Of a stretch of DNA of 48,524 nt, positions 13,391-26,300 are shown in pieces. Source of the DNA: Octopus bimaculoides (lineage: Eukaryota); contig NC_068993.1 in NCBI RefSeq assembly GCF_001194135.2, forward strand, positions 25,343,730-25,392,253. The letters are read 5' to 3'. Positions within the stretch are counted from its first letter, which is position 1. Each line of letters begins with the position of its first letter. Below the pieces are notes generated by a model. The model did no database searches. It saw nothing but the letters and a program-made list of their open reading frames with translations, and was not told where the DNA came from. The position numbers and the translations under genes were made by a program.

Positions 13391-14340
13391 ATATATATTT
13401 TGAGATCTCAAATAATCCTTTGAGATCTCAGATATTTTTCCTGAATCTCCTTGATTCTTTTAATGTGCTTGTTCCCTGGTATTAAATTGATATTGATTAA
13501 TATCCAATTTTTTACCCTACTGTTTTAATTAATATATATGTATATATATGTATAGAGTGTTAGATGTGATGTACAGAAGTTGAATATTGAGAAAAAAAAG
13601 TCGTCAGAATTTTGGAAAAAAAATCTTTTTATTTCTTCATTGTTATTAGCGTTTCCTTTCTCGAACTTGTCAAATAAAATTTTGTGAATGTACAAATAGC
13701 TTGTTCATCTATATAAAACAGATGTTTTTGCGGGGTTTTGTTTAGAATAGAACATTGTTTTAGTTTTTTGAGGTGAGGTTCCATGACAATGGAGATTGAT
13801 GGATGGATGGATGAATGGGTGGGTAGGTAGGTAGGTAGGTAGTCTGACAGATAGACAGATAGGTAGAGGGAGAGAGAGAGAGAAGGGGTATCCCGCTTCC
13901 AATTCACCATTCATCTATTTATTTATTTAGTCTTTTACCATTGTATTAGAATGGATTTAAGGATGGTGACCTAAAAGAAAAAAAAAAAAATTCCCTCTGC
14001 CAACAAGCAAGAATCCACAGGCAACAAATCCGACAAGAGAAATTACACAAGATTCCATTAAGTAAACATCTGGAAATATGCAGCGACAGAAAATTAAAAA
14101 TTTTTCCCTTTTACAAATGTGCACAGGATGATCCACAATACCAAAAAACAATGGAACTATATTTCGTCAAAGAATTCTCTCCAAAATTGAATGTTTGAAA
14201 GAAAAGCGGAGACAGTACATTCTGTGAGTGTTATACTAATGTTCTCTAATGCAAATTCCTTAATTTGAAAGATCGAAGTTAAACAGTATAAACATGGACA
14301 TGTTCCCAAACACACACACATGCGCACACGCACACATGCG

Positions 14341-14375
<35 letters not shown>

Positions 14376-17300
14376 ACACACACGCACACACATACACACA
14401 CACACACACACACACTTCATCAAGGGATTCTCCCCAAACTTGAATGCTTGAAGATAAAGTGGAGAATTTGTGTTTTTTATATTCCAAATGTGGCTCATCT
14501 CTACAAATGTTCATATATAAATATGTGTGTAGCATTGGGATGTTCTAGCTATATGTTTTTATATATGTATATATATTTTTTCATTTTATTTTATTTATTT
14601 ATTTTTTAAATTGTTAATTTGCAAATATTATACTAATGTTTTTTCGTGCAGAACTACGTTTCATCAAAAGATTCTCACCAAAATTGAATGTTTGGAAGGA
14701 GAAACAGTACATTTTGTATTCTAAATATAACTCAAAGAGGAGAAAAAGAAAGAAAGAGGGGAAAAAAGAAGGAAGAGAGAAAGAAAGCAAAATGACTTGC
14801 AGTGATGAAAAACTGCACCTGTTTTTTTGAAGAGGTCACCATCCTTAAACCCATTCCAATACAATGGTAAAGGACTAAAAAAATAAATAAATGAATGGTG
14901 AATAGGAAGGGGGATATCCCTTCTCTCTCTCCCTCTACTTATCTGTCTATCTATCTGTCTGTCTGTCTGTCTGTCACTCAGCCTATCTACCTACCTATAT
15001 TTCTATCTATCCATCTCTATTGTCATGGAACCTCACTCAAAAAAACAAAAGCAGTTTTCTCTTCTAAACAAAACCCCCCAAAAACATGTTTTATATAAAT
15101 GAACAAGCTGTTTGTACATTCACAAAATTGTATTTGACAAGTTTGAGAAAGGAACGAAAGCGTTAATAATAATGAAGAAATAAAAAGTATGGGGTTTAGT
15201 TCACAGGTGATCTAAATGATTAGGTACGCTAGGTAAGTGCTGTAACGGATTATTAGGGCTCCAAGGTTATAGCCAAGATGGTAGTTATGGAGCTGTTGCC
15301 AATTTCCAATGCAGCAGATATATAATTGTTAAAGAGGACAACAAACACTAAGGCAACGCAAACATCTCAAGTCGTATATATTATTATTATTGGAAAAAAT
15401 TCAAAGTCTTACAGCTGCTTCTGGGATATCCCCAAGTATGGGATATTCCGTCATCAGAGACAAATAGGGAAAAATAGAGAAAATGAGAACGGTATATATT
15501 AATGAGATGATGACATAGAGGAAGGGAGTAAAGGAATAAGGAGATGGAGAGAGAGAAGAAAAAAGAAGCATAAAAGTTCATAGTTCAACTTCCCAATGTT
15601 GTAGAAACAAGTGCATAAGCCCTTAGGTGCAATCCTGTGTAGAGCCATGTGGGTTAAAATCCTGATATTGTAAACATCCAGAGAAAAAAGATGCAAATAT
15701 ATCAACGTTCAATAACAGAATTTGGATGGGTGATCATGGTGTGAATCCTTTCTTACTGAGATCTTCTCCTACAGATTGGTGGTCATGTCATGTTGGCTTC
15801 GTTTCTATGACTGAGCGTCCTTCCAATTGCCAACCCTTTTACCAGGTGTACTGGGTGCATTTTATCATGGTACTAACATTAGAGAATTTGAATATTCCTC
15901 AGTGAGTCATAACTAAACGAACATCACAAGAACTGCATAAATTAAGCACATTGAACATTTTGGAACAATGACCGTGTGTTGACAAGATCCTTCTCTAGAG
16001 TTTACTTTGTCAGTTGACATGTCTTTCAGTTCCTTTATCAAGATGAAAATGTAGTTATTCTTACTATTTCATTATTAAATGCATAAAATTAGGAAAAAAT
16101 GCCTCAAATTTGTAGAACTTTCAAATTACAGTTAATGTGAAATTATGAGAAAAAATAAAATGTTTTTATAATTATAAAAATTATGCAAATATTTGTAATT
16201 TACCTGAGGTTCTTGCTAAGGTTTCCCCAAATACACACTGATATACATTCATTATAGTGGTAAGCTTGGTAGTTAGAAGTTTCTGGATCAATATTTTGTA
16301 AGGCACCCAGTAAACAGTTGTGGATGGAAGCATTTAATTTGATTTCCAGCAAATTTTGCAAATCTTTGATTATCTGAGACACAAGCAAGAATATTTACAT
16401 ACATATAAATTCTCAATAAGCAATATAATGTTCACATTCATATACCCTAATGTTATAGTTTCAGTTGCAACCTCTTTTAAACTCTACAACTTAATCCAAT
16501 AGATCTGAATATTACATTTATTCATTTTTATAAAACTGATTTTTCCATCATATTCCTATGCTGTTACTAGTGAGCCATTTAGCTGTTTAACTAGATGTCC
16601 TTACACTTGTATCACCTTCCACTATGAAGAGAGTCTGAGATCAATTAGGTAGACTGGAGCGTCCAAAATTACATGCCTTGCTCAGGACCACAAATTTCAT
16701 TTTTTACTTGCTGAGTCCAGAAGAAGGATCAGAGCTTCAGAGACTAATGAGCTTGATGTTGCTAAGGTTGTTTAAACTATTGCAGGTCAACAGTTGCAGG
16801 TAAGACGTGAGAAGGGAGAAAGTTCTTGAGAGCCAATGTTCTGAGGATGAAGGAGCAGACATAATGGTTAGTGTGAGGTTGGAAAAAAAGGGGGTGCTTA
16901 AATGCAAGGGTGACAAAAGGTGGAGAGATGAGTTGGACAGGTGTGCCTGAGACTTGAGACTAGCTAGTTCTGAGGAACAGAGGTCATTAAAGTTGTGATA
17001 GAAAAGACTGAGAAGAGAGAGCACACCTGTGAGCCAGAGGCTGGAGTCAGTAGGGTACCTCTTCTCTGGATGTGGTCCAGGATATCTTCATGCTTAGCAG
17101 CACATCTGAGATGGTGCTATGCACCATCCTGCATATGGAAGCAATACATCTTTGTGGATTTCATTTGAGCCATGTAGAGTGTCAGCAATGCTGGGGGTTG
17201 AAATATTTTCTGGCCCTGCAGAAAAGAAACAGTCTTTGGGATGCTATCCTAGCTATGACAAGGATGTGCTTTCACAAGGGGATTCTCAGTGATAATGAGG

Positions 17301-20300
17301 CCAAGTATCTGAAGTGATTGCAAGGGCTCTAGGTGGGTGCTTATGAGGGGTCCAATAATAGTTTCTAGATATGAATGTGTCTGAGTTATTTGGCTGTTAA
17401 AAGAAATAAAATTGGTCCCACTGGTGGATGCTCCAAAAGTCTCCATTCATGGAATCAATTCAGGTTTGGTAATATTTGTAATATTTAGATTGCATGCAGA
17501 TGATGCATGGTCAAGGAAGGTTATGGAGGAATGAAAGGTTGTATCATCTGTTTTGGAGTGAGCATTGCAGGATTTGACAGCAAATAAGTCATTAATGAGT
17601 AAGTGAACGAGGGACAAAACTGAACCCTGGCAAACACTAGAGTTGATTGAAAAAGCTCTTTCAAAACATACATCAATGATGCAGTCTGATAGGAGGCTAC
17701 TGATCCAAGAAATGAGAGATGGGTACAGTGTGTAGGTGGGAAGTTCTGATAAGAGATTCACAGGTGAAAGTTTTGTTGATGTCTAGGTTAACAACATTGC
17801 ACTCAACTAAGTTATCTACAGTGACAGTCCACTGCTGAGTGACATGGGAGAGTAGGTCTTCAGTGGGTCTGGTTCTGTAAAAGCTGTACTAGTGGTCACA
17901 GAGGAAAGAGATGCGTTCAAAGTATTGGGGAATGTCATTGTTTATGGCTGCTTCCATTATATTAAAGATGTTAGAAGTAAGTACATTGAGACAATACTAG
18001 GAATGGTAAAAAAAAAACTGCCTTTCTTTGGAGTAGAGACATACTAATGAGTGCATCCAAACGTCAGGGTATATCCCCATAGAAAATAGAAATTAAGAAT
18101 TTAGTGAGTATAGAAACAAGTTCTGGAGTGCAATGCTTGATTGTAATGGAAGGGATTGGCGATCTTGGTGGTCTTAAGTAACCAAAGGTATTTCTGCACT
18201 TGCAAGGTGGGGAGCCAGGTGGAGTGGAAGAGGTTGAAAGAAATTAGCCAAGGATATGGAGTTGGATGCAAAGTGGACTGCAAAGGACAAGGCTTTATCT
18301 GCAGATATGGAAACATAATTGCTTAGAAAAGGAGGAAAAGAGAACTACAAAGACAGTTGAGATTCTTTTGGCAGATGACTAGGATAAGCTCCAGTTTTCA
18401 GTGGGTGTAGAAAAGATCAAGACGCAGAGGTGTCATACTTGAAACTTTCCTTTACTCGTGGGATATGTATAAGAGTTACTCTGTTAGGTGAATACTACTC
18501 AGTTTTGTGGAGTAGCTGAAATTTTCCAAGCATTGTTGGCATTTTCCTATCTGAACAGCTGCAGTACAACTATGAGTAAACCACTTAGGGTGTCTTAGAA
18601 CATCAAGGTTATTTTTTTTTCTCTGTGTGTGTGTATGGTATGTTGGAAGGCATGCTTAGTCATGAGTAGGGAATTATCCCAGAAATAAATAAATCAAAAC
18701 TTGTGGACCTCTGACTTGAAATGCCATAGGGTTCAGGTGGAGGTAGGAGTGCTTTTTGGGTTGTTACAATGAGACAGTGACCAGAGGATCTCTGATAGAT
18801 GCAGAGACAGTTATGAGATTGGCAGAGGTGAAGTTTTACAGTGAGAAAAAGACCAAGAGTGTTTGGGGTGTCTGTGTGTGGGTTGGAGGTGAAACAGTTT
18901 GATGGAAACAGCTGATAATAGCAAAAGATTGAGCTTCCGCCCTGGCAGTCACAGTATGGGATAAATGTAATATCAATGAGGACAATGAAAGGAGTGAAGG
19001 AAAGGTAAAATAGATGTTCTCAGTGCAGAAGATATGGTCAAAAAAGATGCGGGTGATTTGATATTTCTGAGAGGGATACCGAGGCACATGTATTGGGGGG
19101 GGGGAGTACTTTGAGTTAGAGAAACTGGAAAAAAACCACAGGCTTACAAAGGAAATTAAATTGTTGCACAAAAGAGATGTGTTACAAAAGAAATTTGTTT
19201 GAAGCTGTTACATAACAGAAAATTGCATTGAAAGTGTTAAATATTATTGACCAGAATATATACAGTAACATTTACCAATTTATGTTCACAAAATTGAAAA
19301 AAAAAAAGAGTAATTTTATGACTCCATGTAATACAGACAAAATCATTTTTAATGTTTCAGGCTTACATACATTCAAGAATCTATTATTCACTCATATTTC
19401 TACACAGAAATTTAGTATTCTTTGTGCACAATTTCTTTTTTTTAATATTTGAGCACAAAACAGTGAGCTGGCAGAATTCTTAGGACACCAGGCAAAATGC
19501 TTAGTGCCATTTCATCCGTCTTTATGTTCTGAGTTCTAATTACACCAAGGCCAACTTGGCCTTTCATTCTTTCAGGACTGATAAAAGAAATACCAGTGGG
19601 TCTATGGGGTCGATGTAATCAACTTATGCCCTCCCCTGAAATTGCTGGCCTGGTACCAAAATTTGAAACCAATATTTGAGAGCACACATAATAGTAAAGT
19701 GAATAGTGGCTGCATTTAATCCAAGCATTCCAGCTGTAGCTATTCCATTTTTTTCTTTCATACATTCGGTATAAATGATTTCATTAATGGGAATGTCATT
19801 TTGAATTAATTAACGGGGTATTTATTTGAGAGAGATTTGGTGGCAATTTCTAGCAGGCTAAGCAACCAGTTGTTGGCTTGTGAAGCAAAACTTTTGTTGA
19901 GATTTTAGAGTGTTATCCAGGAATAAAGAGAATGTAATATTATAAGAGTATGTCTTGGTGCTGTCAAAGGCTGCTTTGTTCCAATTTGAAGAATAAAGTG
20001 GAAGTAATATTGTAAGATTTCAAGTCTGACTCACCTCTATAATAACAGGAAAAAGGATGATGTAATGTGGCAAGACATGTTTTAATGCTATGAAGATTGC
20101 TTTACTCCTATTAGAGGCTATTTTAGAGGTTTCCATTTATAAGAAGTTGCATAAGTCTGACCTAAAGAATTTTTGGTTGTTTGTGAATAATGCATATTTA
20201 TGGAAGGTTAAAGAGAAAGTTTTCAAAAGGTCACTGAAGATAAAACAAAATATGTTAGGAGACAATCCAGCTCTATGGAAGTCATGTTTATTATAACTGA

Positions 20301-23300
20301 AGAAAGAAAAGTCTTTATTCCTCTTGTGATTTTCCATGGACTGATATTGATACTTGGAAAGAAAGTTTGAAGAGTTTGGTGAGGATAGCAAACTTGGTAA
20401 AGACTGACAGAAGAGTGACATTTTGAAATATTAGATTCTTTTGACAAAAGACTAGAAATTTCAGTTGTAATTAGTGAATCACAGAAATGCGCAGGCTGTG
20501 TGATGGACAGAAGCAACATTTTTTTCTCCTAAAAGTAATTTTCTAAATATAATGATGGATGAATTATTCTAAGCTATGATGAAAGATGATTTTCCTCAAG
20601 GTGTTTTTGCCAATGCATTTCATTTATACAACTGACTTAGGCAGTATAATGAATCTGGAATAGTATTGCATGGCAGATAGTTTAGTATGGATAATTTAGT
20701 ATGGAGAGATTTATGCCTTAGTAGAGGTTTTTTGGATTGAAATCTATAGATAATCCATTTTAACCCTTTTCTGATTTATCACACCAAAAGAAAAATCTAA
20801 ATAAAAATACATTATAATCACAAGATAATTTATAAATTTCAATAAGAGGTGATACTAACATTTTGGTATGTAATGTTCTCATGTTCTGTAAATGGTTCTG
20901 TCTGTGTTGCTAAGTCAATAAAATTGTTTAGTTCTTCTATCAACTGTAAATAGAAAATATTCAGACATGTTTAAAATGTAATATTTGTAGACCATTACAA
21001 TTATTTAAAATCATGTATAGAAAAACTGAACAGTGTTACCACAAGGAAACAAGAACTTATAGTTTCATTTGAATCAAAGGTTTGTGATGACTGATGTGAC
21101 TGAGTCTGTGATGCAGGAAGGCAATATTACATGCCATTTTAAATCTTTTATCTTTTAATTGTTTTAGTCATCAGACTGTGGCCGTGCTGGGGCACCATCT
21201 TGAAGTGTTTTAATGAAACAAATTGACGCCAGGACTTATCATTTTAAGCCTAGTTCTTATTATATTGGTTTCTTTTGCCAAAATGCTAAGTTGCAAGTAG
21301 ATAAACAGACCAACGCTGATTGTTATGCAGGGGTGGGGGACAAACACAGGCACAAAACACACACACACACACACACATACATACATATACATAACCAGGT
21401 TCTTCAAAGGCAAGTCACATAGGTATAAAATCTTCTGGGAAGGTAACAGCGATGAGGTAGGTGGTGTCGGTACACTTCTTGCAGAGAAATGGGTAGATAG
21501 GGCATAAAGATAGTTAGAGTGTGCAACAGAGTAATGGAGCTCAGGCTAGTCTTGCAAAATAGTATAGCAACAACTGTCTCTGCCTATGCCCCACAAGTGG
21601 GCCTACCAAATGAACAGAAGGACCACTTTTATGACATACTTCTGCAGGCTACCTCAAAGACGAGTGACAATGATTTCATCTTTGTGGCTGAGGATTTCAA
21701 TGGGCATGTCGGACAGCAGCCCATGTATATCTTCCATGATGTACATGGGACCACAGAATTGGTTCCCAAAACAAAGCAGGAACAAGACTAGTGGAGTTCT
21801 ATGATGCAAATAACCTATTGATCTGCAACACCAACTTCAGGAAGCCAGCCAGCCATCTGATAATCTACCAATCAGGTGAATGTGCTAGCTAGATTGACTA
21901 CATTCTCACCGGAGAGCAGGGTGTATGGTTGCTCTTAAATACAAAGACCCTCCCTAGTGAAGAATGTACCCACCCCAGCATAGACTGGTCATTAATGACT
22001 TTAGACTCTAGACCAGAAGGATGCAAAAAAGCAGACCACTCTGGAAAAGGACCTAAAAGCTTAAGGATCCTTTATTTGGTCTGAGATTTAGGGACATTCT
22101 AATTGAGAAATTTGATGAGAGGGAGGAGGAGTTACAAACTTGTGACATAGAGGGCAACTAGGAATTCCTGCTGAGTGCTACAGACCAAATCTGTGGCTGA
22201 TGCAAAGTCCCATCCAGACCAAGGGTGGCGTAGTGGTGTAAAGATGTTGTAGACAGGGCTATTAGAGCAAAGAAACAGGCCTGGAAGAGTGGGGATAGCA
22301 GGAAATTGTAGCAGATATCCAGAAAGGCAGCTAGGAGATAGGTATATCTAGCCGAAAGAGAAGTAGAAAAAAAGTTTGCCTATGTTCAGTGATGTGAGGA
22401 CCAAAAACTTGAAGTGTTTCAGATTGCAAGAGAGAAAATTGTGAGAGAAAATTGTGATGTCATAGGAGAGAAATATGCCTGCATGGATGATGGTGCACTT
22501 GCATTTAATGATTCTGCAAAAAAAGGAGTTTGGAAATGCCATTATGAAAGACTGCTGAACGTGGAGAATGAATGGAAGGAGGAGAGTCTGCCACATGTTG
22601 ACCCAATTGAAAGACCAGCTATCTGAATCAACAGTACCTTGGTAGATAAAGCAATTTAGGATGTGAAGACAGGGAAAGACCCCGGCCCATCAGGAGTCAC
22701 CACTGAGATGCTTAAAATATCTGGTGGTGTGGGTTATGGTCTAGTCACTTGTATTGTAAATCAGGTGGTCCATGAAGGAGTCATACCCAATGATTGGTGT
22801 AGCAGCACCATAGTCAACTGCTACAAAGGTAAAGTTGATGCCTTAGATACAAATAATTACAGAGGTATCAAATTGTTGGATCAGGTGATGAAAGTTACAG
22901 AGAGGGTCATAGCCTAACCGATTAAGGAGAGAGTTAGTGTAGATGAGATGCAGTTTAGTTTTGTGCCAGGGAGAAGCACCACTGATGCTATATTTCTGGT
23001 AAGGCAACTGCAGGAGAAATACCTTGCCAAAGATAAACCTCTGTACTTGGCTTTTGTTGACTTGGAGAAATCTTTTGACAGAGTTTCCTCAACCCTTATC
23101 TGGTAGTCAATGCAGAAACTAGGGATAGATGAGTGGTTGGTGAGAACTATACAAGCCATGTACAGAGATGTTACTAGTAAGGTGAGGGTTGGCAACGAGT
23201 ACAGCAAAACATTCAGGGCTTCACCAAGTATCGGTGCTCAGCCATCTCTTGTTCATCATAGTCCTCCAGGCAATAACAGAGGAATTCATGACAGGCTGCC

Positions 23301-26300
23301 CCTGGGAGCTCCTCTATGTTGATGACCTTGTTTTTATAGCTGAATCACTACCAGAACTAGAGAAGAAGTTTCAGGCATGGAAGCAAGGTTTAGAATCGAA
23401 GGGCCTTAGAGTTAACCTAGCAAAAACCAAAGTCTTAGTAAGTAGGAAGGCAGACAAATCACAAATCCCTTCAGGTAGATGGCACTGCTCTATCTGTAGA
23501 AAAGGCATAAGCAGAAACCCCATAAGATGTATTCTGTATAAGCTATGGACACATAAGAGATGCAGCAATATCAGAGGAAGGTTAACAGGAAAAATAGCTT
23601 TTGTTGTGTGGAAGATTCACAGGTACAATAAACACTGAAAATGTACAGAAAATAGACTCCATCAACTGCCATCAGGGGAAGCTAGAGGTAGTAGATAGCT
23701 TCTGCTATCTAGATGACCAAGTTAGTAGCTGAGGTAGATGCTCCAAGAGTGTAACTGCGAGAATAAGATTAGGCTGAACAAAGTTCAGAGAGCTCCTACT
23801 TCTGCTGGCAACAAAAGGCTTCTTCAGAATGAAAGGCAGACTGTTTGATGCCTGTGTACAAACAGCTATGCTACACAGCAGTGAAACATGAGCTATGACA
23901 GCTGAGGGCATGTGTAGACTTGAAAGAAATGATGCCAGTATGATCCACTGGATGTGTAATGTCAGAGTGCATGTTCGACAAAGTGTAAGTCTCTTGAGAG
24001 AAAATTTGGGCATAAGAGGCATCAGATGTGGTGTGCAAGAGAGACGACTGCATTGGTATGGTCATGTGATGTGTATGGATGAGGACATTTGTGTAAAGAA
24101 GAGCCAATCTCTAACTGTGGAGGGAACCTGTGGTAGAGGTAGACCAAGGAAGACATGGGACAAGGTGGTGAAGCATGATCTTTGAACTTTGGGCTCACAG
24201 AAGCAATGACTAGTAACTGAGACCTTGGGTGATATGTTGCGCTTGAGAAGACCTGTCAAGCCAAGTGAAATTATAGTCATGGCTGATGTTGGTGTCACGT
24301 AACTGGCACCTGTGCTGGTGGCACATAAAAAGCACCTTGCAAGCATTGGGCTTCATGGAAGCAAAGTAGCTGATGACAGTGGCATGTGAAAAGCTCCTTT
24401 CAAGTTCTGGTCCTCACAGAGGCAATGACCAAGAAATTTGGCATTATGTCATGCTTGAGAAGAAAACCCAAGCCAAGTAAAATTGCAGTCATGGCAGATA
24501 CCAGTGTCACGCAAATGGCACTCATGTCGTGACATGTAAAAGCACCCATTACACTTTCGGAGTGGTTGGCATTAGAAAGGGCATCCAGCTGTAGAAACCA
24601 TGTCAAATCAGACTAGAGTCTGGCGCAGCCTTCCAGCTTGCCAGCCCTGGTCAGACTGTCCAGCCCATGCCAGCATGGACAACTGACACTTTCAGTTTCC
24701 ATCAACCAAATCCACACATGAGGCTTTGGTTAGCCTGAGGCTATAATAGTAGAAGACACTTGTTCAAGATGCCATGCAGTAGGACAGAATCTGGAAACAT
24801 ACGGTTGGGAAGCAAGCTTATTACCACACAGTCATAATTGAAAATGTTATTATCAAAGTTCATATCTTCCTACTTTCCAAAAGACTATACTGCACACTGA
24901 CCCGAGGAATGCAATTGTGTTTCTGGTGGTATAGTGAAAAACTTACATGAAACTATTGAAAATATACATCAACAACAACATCAGTGACAAAGTGGAGTTT
25001 AACTTTTTGATTTTGAAAATTAATTATTTTTAACTTAACAATAACTGTTTGTAATATAAGCAGAGGCCCTGAAACTTAGGACAGAGTATTAGTTGATTAC
25101 ATCAGCATTAATAGTTGGCTGGAACTTTATTTGATTAATTCCAAAAAGATTAAAATCAAAGTGGATTTAAGTGGAATTTGAAATCAGAATGTAAAGAGAA
25201 ATACTGTAAAATATTTTATATCTAATTCTCTAATGATTCTGCTAATCTGCCCCTCTAAAATAATAATGATTTCTGACTTTGACAGAAGACAACACATTTT
25301 GAAATAAGGAGTATAGACTATTAAATCAACTTTAAACTTGATTAGGTGTATTTTATTGATCATAGAAAGATTAAAGGCAAAGTTGACCTTAGCAAAAGGT
25401 ATGTAACTAAACACCATAAGATATTCTGGATGTTGCTCTACCAATTTTGTCCAGTTACAAGGGCCTAAACATATAACAAAACATATGTACAAAAGCATGA
25501 GCAAATATGTTCATATGATAAAAGAATGTAACACTAAAAAGAAATAAAGAATGTTATAAAAAGTTTAAAATTTATTACACAAAACAAATTGAGCTGTGGA
25601 AAGATGTGTCATAGTAGCCAGAGCATACCAAGTCCATCTTGTAGAGGGTGCTTGTAACAGATGGACTGCATGACAAGTAAAACACATCCCTTCCAAAAGA
25701 AGCAGAAAAGTAGATGCTTCAATGTGGCCAAATGTGAACTGGTGCAAATAATAATAAGATGACGATACTATTAAAGCGAGAAGATCAGATAAGATTGGAG
25801 AGGACAAAAAAAAGTGTAAGATCAAAGAGTAAATACCAAAGAAATTGACAAAACTTTAGAATATCAGGATCTAACCAGAGAGAGGAAGAGATTGTAGAAG
25901 ACAAAAGTGACAATTACACCTGTAGTAATTAGTACACTAAATGCATTATCCAAACTGCTACCTCAGAGAATGAAGGATATTGGAATTGGGACATGCATTG
26001 CTGACTTGCAGAAAAGTGCAATTGATTCTTGAGACTGAAGAAGACTCATCACCAAACCTCAAGGCAACTTCCTTTCTAACTAATATAACATGCAATAGCT
26101 ATAATAATAATGGCAAAAACAAAAAAAAAAAGCCAGTTGTCTTTGAAATATTATAATATACAGTACTGCAATGGTTGACTGCACTATAGCACATAGCACT
26201 ACTATTGTTGAAGAATGCTACAGTATACAGTACAACAACTGTTTAAATTCAAAAATAGACTGGCTGGATGTTAGCCCAATTTAGAACAAGGAATTATGAT

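Noticed and set aside
19900-20750. Possible decayed transposase or GIY-YIG coding fragment
   Set aside because: Only faint motif-like stretches; I could not assign a family without a search.
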